From Chloroflexota bacterium (lineage in GTDB: Bacteria > Chloroflexota > UBA11872 > VXNJ01), in the NCBI GenBank assembly GCA_965207915.1, contig OZ242304.1:1965581-2029580 (forward strand): a stretch of 64,000 nucleotides of DNA. The letters run 5' to 3'. A program made the position numbers and the translations under genes. Below are positions 61,307 to 64,000 of this stretch, in pieces; position 1 is the first letter of the stretch, and the number at the start of each line of letters is the position of its first letter. Below the pieces are notes generated by a model, which worked only from the letters and a program-made list of their open reading frames with translations, was not told where the DNA came from and did not search any database.

Positions 61307-61640
61307 TTGAAGTCCTTCTGGGCGGTTGCTTTGTGAATTGACCGCCGGGACGAATGGCTAAATCAGCCACGCGCGGTGCCACCCAGCTTGGCCGGCCCGA
61401 AGTGGCCGACCCTCTCTGATTCGGGTGCGGACGCTCGGCGGCGGCCTACCGCCGCAGAGGGTCGATACCCAGTCCCGTTAACGGAGTTCCTCTACCGTCG
61501 GCGCCTACTGTGGGATTTCCCAGTTCGGGCCGCAGCTCCCGGGTCCATTCACCTGGCGGCACGTCGCCGGCATCTCACCGCTAACCGACTCTCTGTACTC
61601 GCGCCGGGATCAGGTTACTAGTCCCGTTCACAGCCTTTGG
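61307..61640 (-). promoter_or_regulatory. T-box leader (tRNA-Trp sensing riboswitch candidate) upstream of trpE
   Basis: The minus strand carries the canonical T-box motif GGGUGGCACCGCG (plus-strand 61373-61385), ~70 nt upstream of the trpE AUG. Upstream of it lie an AG-box-like AGAGAG, a GA-motif-like GGUGAGA, and a candidate specifier GAAUGGACC (UGG = Trp, followed by A). An AT-rich promoter-like stretch lies at the 5' end near 61640-61660. No U-rich intrinsic terminator follows. Confidence 0.55.
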
Positions 61641-61696
61641 GCGCAATTAAATTGTCAGAAATTATCGCAGCCGCTCCAAGGGTTGGGGCGACCCGC

Positions 61697-62335
61697 CTAG
61701 CTGCCTGAATCCTCGGCCGGTATCAATACGAACTGGCGGGGATCGACGCGTTGCGTGATACCTTGCCGCAGGTTTGAAATCTGGGTAGACATCGATTCGA
61801 GATCGGTTATCGATTCGTAAACGCTGGCAAAACGCAAGTAGGCGATTTCGGACAGCGGTCGCAGCCGTTCCATTACCATCCCGCCGATTTCGACGGTCGG
61901 AATCTCGTGCAGGGCCAGGCGCGAGATTTCGGCGATCAGGTCGTCGACCAGCGACTCGATCTGATCGCTGGAAACGGGCAATTTGGCGGTGGCGACCCGG
62001 ACGCTGGCCAGGACCTTGTCCCGCCGGAAAGGTTCGCGGCGGCTGTCGCGCTTGACCACCACCAGGTCGCGCGCGACCGCGCTTTCGCGGGTCTCGTAAC
62101 GAGTCCCGCAGGCAAGGCACTCACGACGGCGCCAGGAAACGCCGCGCTCGAATTCAAGTTTCGTGGTCCGCGAATTGGGGGAGCTGCAGGTCGGGCAGAT
62201 GAATCGCTCGACTCGCTCGTAGGTCGTAAAGCGCCGCCCGCAGTTGCCGCACTCGCGCCGCCGCCGGGTGGCGTCATCGGCGTGGCGGCTGTCGACCACC
62301 CGCAGATCAAGGCTCTGGCAATGCGGACACCACAC
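61697..62335 (-). CDS. nrdR: Transcriptional repressor NrdR with a tandemly duplicated N-terminal zinc ribbon
   Basis: MWCPHCQ...VVDSR...RRRRECGNCGRRFTTYE is the canonical ribbon. A second copy follows: CPTC...WRRRECLACGTRYETRE. Then the ATP-cone (REPFRRDKV...AYLRFASVY). 212 aa, versus ~150 for typical NrdR. Confidence 0.85.
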   Translation of the reverse strand: MWCPHCQSLDLRVVDSRHADDATRRRRECGNCGRRFTTYERVERFICPTCSSPNSRTTKLEFERGVSWRRRECLACGTRYETRESAVARDLVVVKRDSRREPFRRDKVLASVRVATAKLPVSSDQIESLVDDLIAEISRLALHEIPTVEIGGMVMERLRPLSEIAYLRFASVYESITDLESMSTQISNLRQGITQRVDPRQFVLIPAEDSGS

Positions 62336-62635
62336 TCGCTGCCTCCTTGAATCCGTAGGCCCGACCCGGTGGCGGGAGGGAGCGGGCGCTCGCCCCGTTT
62401 AAGCCACTCGATCAAATAATGCCTTAGTGGAGGCTCGGTTCCCGTTCGCGGCCGACCCGCGATCCTCGGGCGGACGCGAGAATTGACGGTCGCCTCTGGC
62501 GCGATTTCCCTCCCGTTAGCCATCGGCGCCGAACCATCGCACGGCGCGGGTGCCGTCACGCGCTGGCCCAGTCGATCGAGAGCGCCCGAACAGCGTAATT
62601 CGGACGCGCTGCAAACCAGGCAGGAGCAACTATTG

Positions 62636-63883
62636 ATGCAGGCCGCCGCCACGCTGCCTGGACCGCCTGAGAAGCGGTCGGCCCGCGCCGAGTCATGGCT
62701 GACCACCGCGATCCTGATCATGCTGGCCGCCCTGGCGCCGCTCTCGATCGACATGTTCCTGCCGTCGATCCCGGATATCACCGCCGAGTTTGCGGCCGAC
62801 TCGGCCACCATCCGCCTGGCGGTAACGATGTATCTGCTGGTTTCGGCCGGCGCCGCATTGTTATTTGGACCGATTTCGGACCGTTTCGGGCGCCGGCCGG
62901 CCCTGATCGCCGGCATGCTGCTCTACGTGCTGGGCGGGATCGTGTGCTGGGTTTCCGTTTCGGCACCGATGCTGGTCGGGGGACGCATCGTGCAGGGGTT
63001 CGGCGGCGGAGTCGGGATGGCGGTCGCCAGCGCCACAGTCATCGACATTTACGGGCGCGACCGGGCGGCGCGGATCCTGGCCATCATGGGCGTGGTGATG
63101 TCGCTGGCGCCGATGCTGGCGCCGATAGTCGGCGGTGTTTACCAGGAGACTGTCGGTTGGCGCTGGGTATTCGGAACGCTCACCCTCATGGGCGTGGCCC
63201 TGATATCTGTCTACCTGCTCTGGATTCCGGAAACCAATCGCCACAAGGATCCGGACGCACTGCGACTGCGGCGGATTCTGGGCAACTACCGGACTCTGTT
63301 CTCGACGCGCGTGTATGTGATTCCGGTAACCCTGTTTGCGGTGACGTTTGCCGGGCACCTGGTGTTCATTTCCACCTCCGCCCTGGTGCTGATTGACGAG
63401 ATCGGAATCGGTCCGGGACTTTACGGAATCGCGTTCGGAGTCGTTTCCTCCGGATTCATGGCCGGCGGGGCGATCGGCGGCGCGCTGGCCGGCCGCCAGA
63501 GCGGCCAGCGGATCATGATCGGCGGCATTGGGATGACCGCCGCGGCCGCGCTCGCGCTGCTGGCGGCGGCCTGGCTGCTGATCGAACCCGGTTCGGGGCT
63601 CTACGGGGCCGCGCTGCTGGTGGTACCGATGTTTTTTACCGCCATGGGGGCGGCGATCGTTCGCCCGGTAGCCACCGCGGCCGCACTCACCCCGTTTCGC
63701 CAGATGGCCGGACTGGCCTCAGCGGTGTTGGGGTTCTCGATGATGTTGGTCTCCTCCCTTTACGCGATTGGTTTCGCGGCCCTGCTCGAACCGACCGCGC
63801 TTTCCATGGCCGGGGCCATCGCCTTGACCGGGGTCGGTTCGTTCCTGTTGGTGCTGCTGGCCGGGCGTCAGATCATGCGCTGA
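62636..63883 (+). CDS. MFS transporter (Bcr/CflA-like drug:H+ antiporter family)
   Basis: 12 TM helices; LSIDMFLPSIPDI; MFS motif A GPISDRFGRRP. The ATG at 62636 is preferred over the track's 62483 start. Confidence 0.75.
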   Translation: MQAAATLPGPPEKRSARAESWLTTAILIMLAALAPLSIDMFLPSIPDITAEFAADSATIRLAVTMYLLVSAGAALLFGPISDRFGRRPALIAGMLLYVLGGIVCWVSVSAPMLVGGRIVQGFGGGVGMAVASATVIDIYGRDRAARILAIMGVVMSLAPMLAPIVGGVYQETVGWRWVFGTLTLMGVALISVYLLWIPETNRHKDPDALRLRRILGNYRTLFSTRVYVIPVTLFAVTFAGHLVFISTSALVLIDEIGIGPGLYGIAFGVVSSGFMAGGAIGGALAGRQSGQRIMIGGIGMTAAAALALLAAAWLLIEPGSGLYGAALLVVPMFFTAMGAAIVRPVATAAALTPFRQMAGLASAVLGFSMMLVSSLYAIGFAALLEPTALSMAGAIALTGVGSFLLVLLAGRQIMR

Positions 63884-64000
63884 TCGGATCGCCGCGTCGG
63901 TTTGAGGAATCAGGTGACGGCCGCCACCGGCCCGTCCGATCGCGGTAGATTGCGACGCGGACGCGCCGAATCGCACCTGACAACCGCGATCCTGGTCGCC

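Noticed and set aside
61307-61460. Possible Trp-rich leader peptide (classical trp attenuator) upstream of trpE
   Set aside because: A frame reading ...A G W H R A W L I stop contains two Trp codons, but it has no start codon back to the preceding in-frame stop, and there is no U-rich terminator. The region is better explained by the T-box motif GGGUGGCACCGCG.

Overview
This is a dense, GC-rich (about 68%) bacterial chromosomal segment with roughly 57 protein genes, one tRNA-Leu(GAG), no CRISPR array and no obvious mobile element. Most of it is housekeeping. Metal uptake: a TroABCD-like Mn/Zn ABC uptake operon. Phospholipid synthesis: cmk/plsC fusion, der, plsY. DNA and nucleotide genes: uvrB, a gyrB/parE-type topoisomerase B subunit, plsX, a nucleotide-sugar dehydrogenase, a PolX with PHP domain, and nrdR. 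Central metabolism: purE and an isocitrate dehydrogenase. Membrane and lipoprotein module: lgt, a CrtC/AttH-like lipoprotein and an MMPL transporter, translationally coupled. Complete trp operon: trpE-G-D-CF-B-A on the minus strand. The observations I consider most worth a second look are: (1) the two ABC-3 permeases of the metal uptake operon each carry a C-terminal extension, and together these look like the two halves of one DtxR/MntR-like metalloregulator; (2) a KamA-family 2,3-aminomutase is co-operonic with an uncharacterised ATP-grasp-like protein; (3) a T-box leader with the GGGUGGCACCGCG motif and a UGG specifier candidate lies upstream of trpE, with no U-rich terminator; (4) NrdR has a tandemly duplicated N-terminal zinc ribbon; (5) a tripartite exporter has an unusually long (about 680 aa) HlyD-type adaptor, a 952-aa tandem FtsX-type permease and two separate ATPase genes; (6) cytidylate kinase is fused to a PlsC acyltransferase. 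Taxonomy cannot be fixed from the sequence alone. The gene content (T-box on trp, PolX-PHP, a 477-aa IDH with a C-terminal extension, MMPL, SpoIID/LGFP proteins) is compatible with a GC-rich Chloroflexota-, Deinococcota- or Actinomycetota-like organism. Many long ORFs in the supplied six-frame track are GC-driven antisense artefacts and were rejected.
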